Positions 38,756 through 48,948 of a stretch of 64,000 bases of DNA are shown piece after piece. This DNA is from Terriglobia bacterium (GTDB taxonomy: Bacteria; Acidobacteriota; Terriglobia; 20CM-2-55-15). Each line of letters begins with the position of its first letter. Within the stretch, counting starts at the first letter, position 1. The stretch is taken from assembly GCA_963664115.2 (NCBI GenBank), contig CAXWPJ010000009.1, forward strand, positions 160,001-224,000, given 5' to 3'. Position numbers and translations under genes: made by a program. The notes below the pieces were generated by a model, which worked only from the letters and a program-made list of their open reading frames with translations, had not been told where the DNA came from and made no database searches.

Positions 38756-39389
38756 ATGTCAGTGGACAGCTGTGTTCTTCAGGCCGAGGTGCCTCGGATT
38801 CGGATCGAACCGACATCGTCTTTCAAGTTGTGCCGGGCGATCAATCTATGAAGGTTATTGGGGTGGACCCCCAGAAGTCGGGCAGCTTCGGCAATGTTTC
38901 CATCTGCCGAACGAATTGCATCCAGAATTATGCGTTTCGTGGCGTCATTGATCGCATCGTAAAGTTTGGGCATCCGTGAGTCGGCCTGAGCATTACCTCG
39001 AGTAAGCTCATCCGGGAGGTCCTGCGCCAGAATGAGTTGACCGTCGGCCTTGATCACGGCGTGCTCAATCGCATTCTGTAATTGACGGATGTTCCCGGGC
39101 CAGTCGTGATTCAAAAGACAACCATGTGCAGCATCTGATATTCCGCTGACAGCCTTGCCATATTTCTCGCTGGCAGTCTGAACGAAACGAGCGGCAAGGC
39201 CCCGAATGTCGTCCCGCCGCTTTCTGAGCGGTGGGACTTCTATACTGAAGACATTCAACCTGTGGTAAAGGTCTTCGCGAAACGAACCCCGATCGATCGC
39301 CGACTTCAAATCCACATGCGTCGCAGCTATTAATCGGATATCGACTTTGAGCGTAGCGTTCCCACCCACTCTTTGAAACTGACCTGTTT

Positions 39390-40546
39390 CTAGTGGTCCC
39401 CGTTAAACAGACTGTAACTTATCAAGATTTCGCCGGCCGCGCTGGACTTTAGCAAGGATGTCGGAAGCCGTTGCAGTCCAGATGAAGGGTTTCGGGTCTT
39501 CATTGTGACGAGCGAGGTAGTCCTCCACGGCCTGGATCAACTCGGGGACCGAGCGGAAAACGCCACGCCGGAGTCGTTGCTCGGACAGATCCCGGAAAAA
39601 GCGCTCGACCATGTTGAGCCACGACGCACTGGTTGGCGTGAAGTGCACATGAAAACGCTTGTTACGCTTGAGCCAGTTGACGACTTTCTGATGTTTGTGA
39701 GTCGCATAGTTGTCGCAAATAATGTGGATCTCCTTATCTTTCGGCATGGCGCGTTTGATCTGATTCAGAAACCGGATCCATTCCTGATGGCGATGCTTTG
39801 GCATGCAGGTTCCGATGACCGAACCGTCCAGGATGTTGAGCGCGGCGAAAAGCGTGGTTGTCCCGTTACGTTTGTAATCGTGGGTCATGGTGCCACACCG
39901 CCCCTTCTTCAGAGGTAACCCGGGTTGCGTGCGGTCCAGGGCCTGCATCTGGCTCTTCTCATCGCAGGACAAGACAATGGCGTTTTCCGGTGGGCTCAGA
40001 TACAGACCGACCACATCCTCCAGCTTTTCGGCGAATCGTTTGTCGTTGGATAGTTTGAAGGTTCGTGACAGATGAGGCTTCAGTCCATGGACCCGCCAGA
40101 TTTTCCCGACCGTGGACTCGCTCACGCCAACGGCCTTCGCCATCGAGGCCCGACTCCAGTGCGTCGCGTTCGGGGGCTTCTCTTCCAGTGTCTTCTTGAC
40201 GATCCGGGCTCGCTTCCGGCGACTGATCGTGGGAATCCGTCCGCTTCGCGGCGCATCCTTTTCGATCCCAGCCAAGCCCTGTTCCACAAAACGATTGCGC
40301 CAGCGGCCCGCTTTCTGGCGCGTGATCTCCAAGCGGGCGGCGATCTCATAATTGTTCCGACCTTCAGCGGCCAGTAATACAATTCGGGATCGTTCCGCCA
40401 ACCGGACCGATGTACTCCGGCTTCGACTCAGTCGCTCCAACTCCATCCGCTGCTTGTCATCCAATTCAATGGTCGGTGCTTTCCTCATTCTCTATTGGAC
40501 GTTGGAAAGCTATTTTAGTTACATTACTTCGAGCGGGGTACACTAG
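39390..40546 (-). mobile_element. IS630-family element, variant A copy 2
   Basis: CTAG at both ends; inverted copy of 5691-6847. Confidence 0.96.
39403..40488 (-). CDS. IS630-family DDE transposase
   Basis: Protein identical to 5749-6834. Confidence 0.97.
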   Translation of the reverse strand: MRKAPTIELDDKQRMELERLSRSRSTSVRLAERSRIVLLAAEGRNNYEIAARLEITRQKAGRWRNRFVEQGLAGIEKDAPRSGRIPTISRRKRARIVKKTLEEKPPNATHWSRASMAKAVGVSESTVGKIWRVHGLKPHLSRTFKLSNDKRFAEKLEDVVGLYLSPPENAIVLSCDEKSQMQALDRTQPGLPLKKGRCGTMTHDYKRNGTTTLFAALNILDGSVIGTCMPKHRHQEWIRFLNQIKRAMPKDKEIHIICDNYATHKHQKVVNWLKRNKRFHVHFTPTSASWLNMVERFFRDLSEQRLRRGVFRSVPELIQAVEDYLARHNEDPKPFIWTATASDILAKVQRGRRNLDKLQSV

Positions 40547-42038
40547 CACACGCAGGAGCGATCCCTGGACTCCGCCCTCCATCTCTCCAACCTCGTCCAG
40601 GAAAAGCGTCCCTCCATCCGCAATCTCAAGCTTGCCTTTTCGTTTCACCGCCCCAGTGAAGGCTCCCGGCTCGCTTCCAAAGAGTTCAGTTTCGACGAGT
40701 TCGCGTTTCAGGCTTGCGCAATTGAGGTCGACGAAAGGTTTGTCTGACCGGCGACTCGCATTGTGGATGGCCCTAGCAACAAGCTCCTTTCCGCTGCCTG
40801 TCTCTCCGCGTATCAACACCGTCGCGCCCGTGTCGGCGACTTTGGAAATCGCTGCCCTAACGCGCGCAATAGGCTTGCTGTCACCCAACATGTTGTGGTC
40901 GATCTGTTCCCCTTCCTTGTACTCCCGGTCTGCCATTTCCAGTAGCTGCACATTGCTCAAAGTCGCCTTAACGATTCCCGCAATTCCCACCACCAATTCC
41001 AGGTCCTCCTCGTCGATCGCTCCTGCCTTTCTGGAATCAATATAGATGATTCCGCTCACCTTCCCCGAGTGACAGATTGGAACGCACAACAGTGACTGGA
41101 TTCCCGGCGCCTGTATACTTTCAGCTTCTTTGAGTCGCTGGTCCCCGATCACTTCCTTGCATACGACGCCTTCCTGCTTCTCTAAAACCCGATGTACAAC
41201 AGTGCGGCTGACAGAAAGTGGATCTCGCGTGCCGGGAACCTGTCGAGCACACTTGAAGGAAAACTCTCTGCTGCCGGTGGGACCGTGAGGATCCATCATG
41301 ATCGCTCCACGCTCCGCTTCGGTTGCGGTCAAAATCAAGTCCAGCAGTTGTTGGCTGAGGTCATCGATATCCGTAAATCGTCCCAACAACTGACTGACCT
41401 GAAGCAAGACCTCAAGATCTCCCACCACTCGTCCCCCGACTGACGGCGCCCTCCCGAGCTTCTCAGGTCGAAGATATTTCGAATCCTCGGACCCTAGGCG
41501 AGACATGGAACGGGTATCCTCATCCGTCAGGTTGGGGTCCTCTTCGATCCGAACTTGGGTCGAAAGTTCTTCGGTTTCCTGGACAAAGAAGCCAAGAACG
41601 GATCGGCCAACTCGTACCTGATCGCCATGTTGAAGGGGATGCTCTCGAACAGGGAGTCCGTTTACAAAGGTTTGGTTATAGCTGTTCAAGTCGCGAATGG
41701 AGAATTCACCGTCCGCAGTTCTCAGAATAAGGCAGTGTCGCCTCGACACCAAATCATCGTCCAAGGCCACCGCGTTCGCGTCTGTTCGCCCAAGCGACGT
41801 CTCGTTTCTCGTCAGATCCACTACGGATCCAGCCAGAGGCCCCGATATTCGAACGAGTCTCGGTTTCATCTCGGGTTTCCCGTAACTAATAGTCGATCAG
41901 CAAAATTTGCTTCGTCCTAAAATCAGATCCTACACCCGCACAAACATTTCGGCGATAGCTCGATTATCTCAATGTCATCCCAAATTATGCGTCCGCGCTT
42001 ACTAATCCGTTGGCCCCATTAAGAGAGTCCCACGTATA

Positions 42039-42054
42039 GGTTTCGCGTGAAACA
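42039..42054. promoter_or_regulatory. parS-like palindrome
   Basis: GGTTTCGCGTGAAACA matches the consensus TGTTTCACGTGAAACA at 14 of 16 positions; intergenic. Confidence 0.4.
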
Positions 42055-42240
42055 AAAAAAGGCTGGCCGGTTTTCCATTGTCGCGGGCGGCGCTGCGGCA
42101 AGCAAAGATCCCACTATGCGGCTGAGGTTAGGACCGACGCCGATCGCCTGCCGCATGAAGAAACTCGGCATTCATGATCGTCACCCCCGGCAGACAGCCG
42201 GTGGGCCAGCCGTCGCATGTTGAGACAGCAAGCTGAGGCC

Positions 42241-42552
42241 TCAGCCCAGAGTCGCGTCGAGGTTTACCACGTCTTCGTCGCCGATGACTTCCGCGCTGTG
42301 GACCATCCCGCCTGGAATGGCGACGGAGTCGCCTGCTTCCAGAATGACGCTCTCACCGAGCACGGTTACGCGAAAGCGACCGGACAGAACCCCATCGATC
42401 TTATCGATGTCGTGCGTGTGATCCGGAAAGTACGTCCCGGGCGGATAGACATAGCGCGAAACAAGAAATCCACGATTCTCCAGGCTGTCCCGCATGGCCG
42501 CCTCAGTCAGCGGTCCGTCCTGATCGGCGTCCCATTTTTCTATCCGTATCAT
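42241..42552 (-). CDS. cupin-domain protein
   Basis: YPPGTYFPDHTH...VLSG...LEAGD.V.IPGG.VHSAEV. Likely start ATG 42552. Confidence 0.85.
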   Translation of the reverse strand: MIRIEKWDADQDGPLTEAAMRDSLENRGFLVSRYVYPPGTYFPDHTHDIDKIDGVLSGRFRVTVLGESVILEAGDSVAIPGGMVHSAEVIGDEDVVNLDATLG

Positions 42553-42762
42553 CAGTGCAAGCAGCTTCCTGGAAATGCCTTGGGATTTTCTGTTACTTAA
42601 TTTCTCGATGTCATCGAATAAAAAGGCGGTTGCCGTCTGAGTCGCCTGCACCTTGGGCTCCGAGCGGCGAGCAGGAACAAGAACTCCCGAAAACCGCTGG
42701 CCGCTGATTTCGGCTCCAGGCTGACGTACTCGGGTCGCCTCTATTTAACCATCCATATATTA

Positions 42763-43659
42763 CTACTTAAAAAACTTTCGAATCACGTCACGACCATCAG
42801 AATCCACGGATGGAACCAAGCCAGGGAACGATCTCGATTGAATCGGAAAGAGCCATCCCATCACAAGATGGTAGAGGGCAAACAACTCCAGCGAGAAGGG
42901 AACATAACCACCATATCCGAGGATCGGCATCTCAAACAGATGGAAGTAATCGAGGAAAGGAATCTGGTACGTCCATTTCGGATAGGACAGATAGTTCCAC
43001 ATCTCCCAAAAAAAGCCGCAGATCAGACACCCTAGACCCAGCGAAACAACAGGCCGCCAGTCCCCTTCCGCTATCGATCGCAAAATTGATCGGTGGCCCA
43101 GCGCGTCGTTGATTGGATCAACGATGAAGAACACTGACAACCAAACCAATGGGAAAAAGTACAAAGGCCAAACGAGTAAGCAAACCAACATAGCGATACC
43201 GGTGGCAGTAATTCCAAGATGGGCGCCACGTCCGATCGCGATCGAACCCATTGCCGGAAACTTCTGAACCCACCCAAGGCTGCTCACCCATTCTGCAGTC
43301 CCAAACACCGCGGGAATCACGGTCGAAAAACTCAAAGATGCCCAGAAAAAATACTCGAGATCGGTGAATTCGGCCCGCCCTTCATAGATCCAGTTACCGG
43401 TTCGCGCATTAATGAGCTCGAAGATCCACCAGGTCGGAGCGGATACTAAAAACAGGCCCAGATACTGACCCCGGCTCCGTGTCCACAACGACGTTCCCAG
43501 GCGCCGATAAGTCCACGCGTCGACGGTGATGCAGTAACCCAGCCAAAGCGGAAAAAACCCCCACTGCGTTCTCAGTTCGGAGAGCGACCAGTTCAGGGTC
43601 CAAAACACGGCAACTAGAACCAGACCGATCGTTCCCCGTAAAGGCCATCTCCTGATCAT
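42763..43659 (-). CDS. hypothetical multi-pass membrane protein
   Basis: About 8 hydrophobic helices with twice-repeated W..FE..N...W.Y / FWE.WN...W.Y motifs. Confidence 0.8.
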   Translation of the reverse strand: MIRRWPLRGTIGLVLVAVFWTLNWSLSELRTQWGFFPLWLGYCITVDAWTYRRLGTSLWTRSRGQYLGLFLVSAPTWWIFELINARTGNWIYEGRAEFTDLEYFFWASLSFSTVIPAVFGTAEWVSSLGWVQKFPAMGSIAIGRGAHLGITATGIAMLVCLLVWPLYFFPLVWLSVFFIVDPINDALGHRSILRSIAEGDWRPVVSLGLGCLICGFFWEMWNYLSYPKWTYQIPFLDYFHLFEMPILGYGGYVPFSLELFALYHLVMGWLFPIQSRSFPGLVPSVDSDGRDVIRKFFK

Positions 43660-43974
43660 GTCAAATCACTCTCGGCTGGAGGCCGGCGTCAGGGTACAGG
43701 CGGTAATCGAGTTGCTCACATCGATTGGTCAACATCGTCCAATCCCCCGCTGGCTCGGCCGCACGTAACTTTCACCCACTCCCAAACGTATTCAATAGCT
43801 TGGGGACGATAGCCTCGAGGCCTCATCCCCCGGGACGGGACCCGTAAACGCAAGAAATTGATTCCTTAGGTCTCACAATCGACTGTGACCGCCATAAACC
43901 CTTCAGTGGGAATATACTAGTAGGTTTGGCACGGCCTCATACACTGAAACAGGGACTTCAAACTTACTAAAAAT

Positions 43975-46229
43975 ATGATAAGAACCCGACCGATCGCCCT
44001 TCTGCTACTACTCCTTATCTTTTTCGGACAGACGACACCCCAGGCCACCGCGCAAGAAGGTCTCACCGGCTTCGAAGACCGCCGCGTCATGGTCGCAGCA
44101 CGCCTTGAGCCCGGCGAAAACATAGATCTCGACGGTATTCTGGACGAGGCTGCCTGGGAACGGGCCGAACCGGCCGCCGACTTTGTTCAGATCGACCCCG
44201 ACAACGGGGCGCCGCCAACCGAACCCACCGAGGTATACATCCTCTTCAGTGAAAACAGCATGTATATGGGAGTCGTCGCGTATGACTCCGAACCGGACGA
44301 GCTCAGAGGCAACACAATGCTTCGCGACGAATTTTTGGGGGCTGATGATCGATTCATGTGGGTCTTCGATACGTATCTGGATGAACGCACCGGATACTTC
44401 TTCGAAATGAACCCGTCGGGAGCCATGGGCGATAGCCTGATCGGCGGTGCTGGTGGTGGCGGTGGATTTGGCGGCGGTGGTGCCCGCGCCTGGGACGGCA
44501 TCTGGGACGCTCAGGTGCGCCGGAGCGAAATCGGCTGGGTCATTGAGATCGAAATGCCGTTCCGGACGCTGAACTTCGACCCGAACGCACAGGCCTGGGG
44601 CATCAATTTCCAACGAACGGTCCGCCGAAAGAACGAAGAAACCATCTGGAACGGATATCAGCGGGACAGTGGGGGCCTGCGGCGGATGTCGAATGCCGGA
44701 CTGATCGTCGGCATGTCGGAAATCAGCCAGGGCGTCGGCCTGGACGTCAGGCCCTACTTGACAGGACGGGCGAAGTCGTCTCCGGGTCGCGGGACCGATA
44801 CCACCTACACGGGAGATACAGGTATTGATTTCGTGTACAACGTGACACCGAGCCTCCGAGCCAACTTTACGGTCAACACTGATTTTGCGGAAACAGAGGT
44901 TGATGACCGGCAAGTGAACCTGACACGATTTTCTCTCCGATTCCCGGAAAAGCGGGAGTTCTTCCTCGAAGGCAGCAATTTCTTCTCCTTCTCCGGTTTC
45001 GGTGATGCGTTCTTCAGCCGCCGGATCGGCCTGAACAACGGTCAACCCCAGCGCATCGACTACGGAGCCAAACTCACTGGGCAAGCCGGAGCTCACGATA
45101 TCGGTGTACTGCAGGTTCGTACGGCTCAGGACGTGTCTCGGGAGGCGACATTCTGGGCGAGGACTTCACTGTATTCAGGGGAACGCGGCGCTTGTTCACC
45201 GAATCCCACGTTGGGATGATCTACACCCGTCGCAGCACCCGCGAAGGCCAGGTCACGGACCCGACCCTCGTTGCCGGACCCGCGCTTCAAACCACAGGGT
45301 TCGATCTCAATCTTTCCACGCGGCGCTTCATGGGGGACAAGAATCTCTCCTTCAATTCGCACTACGTAACAACGACGAATCCGGACGATACCGGAAAGAA
45401 CGGGCGTTATGGCGCGTCGCTCACTTATTTCAACGACCTGTGGGCCGGCAGGCTCGGCATGACCGAAACTCAGGAGAACTTTGACCCTGCGCTGGGTTTC
45501 GTCAACCGAACAGGGATCAAGCAGTACGATTCCTTTGTTCGCTTTGCTCCCCGTCCCGAAAACCACCCTGTGATTCGGCAGTTCGAGTGGAACGTAGGCT
45601 ACAGACAGATAAGTGACAGCCGGAACGTCATGTTGTCGCAGAGAATTAATTTCGGCGTCTTCCAGATGAACTTTCATTCTGGAGACAGAATTGGCATTGA
45701 CCTCACAAGAGAGTTCGAAAGGCTCGAGGAAGATTTCGAAATGGGCCCGAACGATACCGTTGTTCTGGCAGCGGGAAACCAATATCGGTACAACAGATAC
45801 GAGATCGAATGGGGAATGAGCGGCCAGCGGCCCATCGCTCTTGGAGGAGAGTTCCGCGGGGGCAATTACTTCAGTGGGACTCGCCGCGATTTCCAGCCGC
45901 GTCTGTCCATCCGGCCTAGAAACGGCCTGGTCATCAGCCTAAGCAACGAATGGACGCGTATCGAACTGCCTGAGGGTAGCTTCTCGGTCAGCGTTTTTGA
46001 GGCCAACGTGGGCGCCCAGTTCAGTCCCTGGATATCAATAGCCAACAGTATCCAATACGATAACGAAAGCCGAAACCTGGGTTGGCAGGCCCGATTCCGC
46101 TGGATCCTAAATCCCGGCAACGATCTCTATCTGGTCTACAACCACAACTGGTTGAGCGACCCGGCCGGAGGATTGACCACCCTAGATCGACAGCTCGCGT
46201 CCAAGTTGGTATACACCCATCGTTTCTAG
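43975..46229 (+). pseudogene. CBM9-like/DUF5916 outer-membrane protein with a frameshift near 45140
   Basis: Signal peptide, LDG.LDE.AW, W..E...PF.TL, NTDFAETEVD, FPEKR.FF.EG, FFSRRIG. The protein continues in another frame (GGDILGEDFTVFR...) and ends in a beta-barrel-type YTHRF. Confidence 0.85.
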
Positions 46230-46292
46230 AACCCCTCAAATTAGGGCAAGACGCTGTTATTCCGATGTCCGGGTGCGGTAGGGTTGGAGGCC

Positions 46293-46688
46293 ATGAAAAA
46301 GCTCGAAAAAACAGAAGAGAAATGGCGGGAGGCACTGACACCGGAGCAGTACAGGGTCTGCCGTGAGAAAGGCACCGAACCTCCATTCACCGGGAAGTAT
46401 CACGACTCGAAGGAGGCTGGAATCTATCACTGCGTCTGCTGCGGCAACGAACTTTTTGAATCGGAAACCAAATTCGATTCGGGAACAGGATGGCCCAGCT
46501 TCTATCAGGCGATCTCGGACGAGAAAGTCGCGACCGAGGAAGACAACAATTACGGCATGCGTCGCACGGAGGCCGTCTGTAAGGCCTGCGGCGCCCATCT
46601 CGGGCACGTTTTCCCCGATGGGCCGCAGCCGACCGGGCTCCGCTATTGCATCAACTCCGCCGCTTTAAATCTGGACAAGAAAGAATAA
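46293..46688 (+). CDS. msrB: peptide-methionine (R)-S-oxide reductase
   Basis: [42 protein letters not shown] follows GGAGG. Confidence 0.97.
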   Translation: MKKLEKTEEKWREALTPEQYRVCREKGTEPPFTGKYHDSKEAGIYHCVCCGNELFESETKFDSGTGWPSFYQAISDEKVATEEDNNYGMRRTEAVCKACGAHLGHVFPDGPQPTGLRYCINSAALNLDKKE

Positions 46689-46738
46689 GACGTGCATTGA
46701 GAGGCACTGAGGCCAAGGGAATTCGATTTCCGTTTCTT

Positions 46739-46818
46739 AACACGAAGACACGAAGGGCACGAAGAACGTAGATATATATTTTCTTCGGATACCTTCGTTG
46801 ACTTCGCGTCTTCGTGTT
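46739..46818. repeat. inverted pair of the CTTCG(T/C)G-periodic repeat (REPIN-like)
   Basis: AACACGAAGACACGAAGGGCACGAAG ... CTTCGTTGACTTCGCGTCTTCGTGTT, between convergent genes. Confidence 0.8.
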
Positions 46819-46857
46819 GAATCTTTAATCTTCGGCTCTTGCTCTGCGGCTTTATGT

Positions 46858-47418
46858 CTATTGGTCTTCCAGTTCCGGACTGTCGGCTGTGGCCGGTTGG
46901 CCCAGCGCCCACCGGATAATTCCCGTCGAGTCGACGAAGAAAGATCGCTTGGATTCCATATCAGATGCAGGTTCCGCCATCAGGCTATAGGCGTCTGCAC
47001 TGGGACTGCCTCTCATGCGTATCCTGTAACCATTGTCGTCGAGCGATGGGTCCGTTTCCAGCGACAGCTCCTGGACCAATTCCTCTAAGGTCAGTGCGTA
47101 TCGACGGCGGAGCATCATGAAAGTGGCCTGGGCCAGGCTGATATCCCTGACGGCTTGAAGTCCCTGAGCCTCACTGGCACTCCGCACTTCGGCGAGCAAC
47201 AACTCCGCAGCAGCCGCGTTTGGACTTGTGGCGAAGCTCGAGATGATGTTTTCGAGAATGCGTTCGCTTTCTCCGAGTTGGCCGGCTTCGTTCGCGGCAA
47301 CCGCCTGATCGTACATTCGGGACGGATCATCGGCAGGCTCGAGTGCCCCACCATCCCCACCCGCACAAGCGAACAAAACCGTACAGAGCAAAAGTGCGAT
47401 CGTAAGTTTTCTCATCAC
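46858..47418 (-). CDS. lipoprotein with a TPR-like hairpin and a pilin-like C-terminal domain
   Basis: Lipobox LFAC; a helical repeat; then RDISLAQ..F.....RYA..LEEL, GYRI, AEPA, RSFFVDSTGIIR. Confidence 0.75.
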   Translation of the reverse strand: MMRKLTIALLLCTVLFACAGGDGGALEPADDPSRMYDQAVAANEAGQLGESERILENIISSFATSPNAAAAELLLAEVRSASEAQGLQAVRDISLAQATFMMLRRRYALTLEELVQELSLETDPSLDDNGYRIRMRGSPSADAYSLMAEPASDMESKRSFFVDSTGIIRWALGQPATADSPELEDQ

Positions 47419-47454
47419 ATGCCTCGGATCAACAGGGAATTAGATTGGCGACAT

Positions 47455-48654
47455 TCATGATCGGAGAGTAAATCCGACCACGATGGGATCGTGGTCCGAC
47501 AGCGGCGGTTCTCTTGCTGTCATCCCCTCCAGGATAGCTGGGGTCTGCTCCGGATCATTCGCATCCACTTCAATTCCTTTGCCGGCAAACCAATCCAGTT
47601 TGAGGGAGCAGCGTCCTCCCTCTTTTGCCAATGCCCAATTGATAAACCAAAAGCACCACCGCGGAATCCATTCACCCATGTTCTTGTTTGCCGCAAGGTC
47701 TCGGATCGAATAGTGCAGGGTACATCCACCTGCTACGTTGAGATCCCGGTAGTTATAACCGCGATCTTCAAGTTCCCGAAACAGATGCCGTTCGAACCAT
47801 CGGTCAGGGTAGGGGTAATGCCGTTTGAGCACACCCCGGATTCCCATCAACACGCGCCGGACATATCCAAGAATAGAATATAAAGCGCGCCGGGCATCGT
47901 GCGTCGTCGTGTTCCAGTCCCCGCCAATGAGGACCGGCAGCCGGGGTTCGAGGCCATCCAGATGATCCAGCAGTAAGCGCATCTGACTATGCCGGTGGCG
48001 TTGGGACGAGTGGGCGTCCATATGCAACGCCACTACTTGAAACTTCCCAAGCGGGTGTTCGACGTCGGCAATGATGGCACGCTGAGAACCGAGACGCTTT
48101 TCCCGACCAACCATCTTGTCCTTCCCGTTCGGTAGCGCCAGCGTGTGCGCGCCCAGCAGCGGGTATCGGGACATGATCGCATTGCCATGGAGAGCCAGCG
48201 TATTCTCCCCCTCCGCCTCGGCTTCGACTCCCGCGCCTTTGTTGAGCGCCAGGTAACACGGCGCAAACACGAAATGAACGCCCAGGCCGGCGGCAATCTC
48301 ACGAGCCACGTGGCGATTCCCTGTTCGCGCCATCCCATAGTCGACCTCCGTGAGCAGCCAAACGTCGCTTGAAGCCAATGTCGGATCGGTGCGAAGAGCC
48401 TCAAGGATGCCGTCGAGTTGAATCCCGCGCTCGATGTTCCAGGCTGCGATCCGGATTGGGCGGCGCGGCGGCGGTGTAACCGGCGGAAAGCTGCCGAGCT
48501 CGAGCCCACCCAGCACACGGTCCAACTCGGGTCTCAGCTCCTCGAAGAGCGGAGAGCCTGTACATGCATCGGTGGTTTCGAATCGAGCCAGATCCGCAAA
48601 GTAAGTTTGGAGATTGTGGTCCAGTGGAGACCGTGCGCGCGCGGATGTCGTCAT
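47455..48654 (-). CDS. endonuclease/exonuclease/phosphatase family protein
   Basis: AWNIERG, LLTEVD, GNAIMSR, GGDWNT, LDW, SDHDP. Confidence 0.9.
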   Translation of the reverse strand: MTTSARARSPLDHNLQTYFADLARFETTDACTGSPLFEELRPELDRVLGGLELGSFPPVTPPPRRPIRIAAWNIERGIQLDGILEALRTDPTLASSDVWLLTEVDYGMARTGNRHVAREIAAGLGVHFVFAPCYLALNKGAGVEAEAEGENTLALHGNAIMSRYPLLGAHTLALPNGKDKMVGREKRLGSQRAIIADVEHPLGKFQVVALHMDAHSSQRHRHSQMRLLLDHLDGLEPRLPVLIGGDWNTTTHDARRALYSILGYVRRVLMGIRGVLKRHYPYPDRWFERHLFRELEDRGYNYRDLNVAGGCTLHYSIRDLAANKNMGEWIPRWCFWFINWALAKEGGRCSLKLDWFAGKGIEVDANDPEQTPAILEGMTAREPPLSDHDPIVVGFTLRS

Positions 48655-48850
48655 AGGCGTTTGGAACTGGGCCTTCTGCGGTCTGCTGATAACTCTTCCA
48701 TTACAGTCGTCGTAATACCTGCCTAGTCCCGAAAGACTAAATTAACAATGGTTTCAACGCATGTGAAGACACTACCCGATGTCCGTAAATGCGTTTCGAC
48801 AGTTTCGACACTCTACCCTTGATCCTGAACGGCATGGGTGTGATGCTTTA

Positions 48851-48909
48851 GCCCGCTTGCAATCTACCACAGCTGCCCGCGCGGTGATTTTCAGGTAGAC
48901 AAGCGGGCA
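48851..48909 (+). promoter_or_regulatory. structured 5' leader of the DUF1538 operon
   Basis: GCCCGCTTG pairs with CAAGCGGGC and TCTACC with GGTAGA. An internal TGCCCGC competes for the same 3' arm. Confidence 0.4.
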
Positions 48910-48948
48910 ATCTGCGGAAGCTAGAACTGCGATGATAGGGAAGGCCGC

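Larger units (their letters stand above)
38779..41869 (-). pseudogene. FHA-GAF-sigma54 enhancer-binding protein with Fis HTH, interrupted by IS630
   Basis: FHA (LGR...SRRH...S.NQT.VNG), GAF (SLLCVPI), [20 protein letters not shown]. Removing the IS restores LLRVL-ETGQFQRVGG...WPGNIRQL...AARLLG. Confidence 0.94.

Noticed and set aside
5691-40546. Inversion between the inverted IS630-A copies as the cause of the truncated giant gene
   Set aside because: Both flanks of copy 2 rejoin into one intact activator frame, so that copy has not exchanged flanks.
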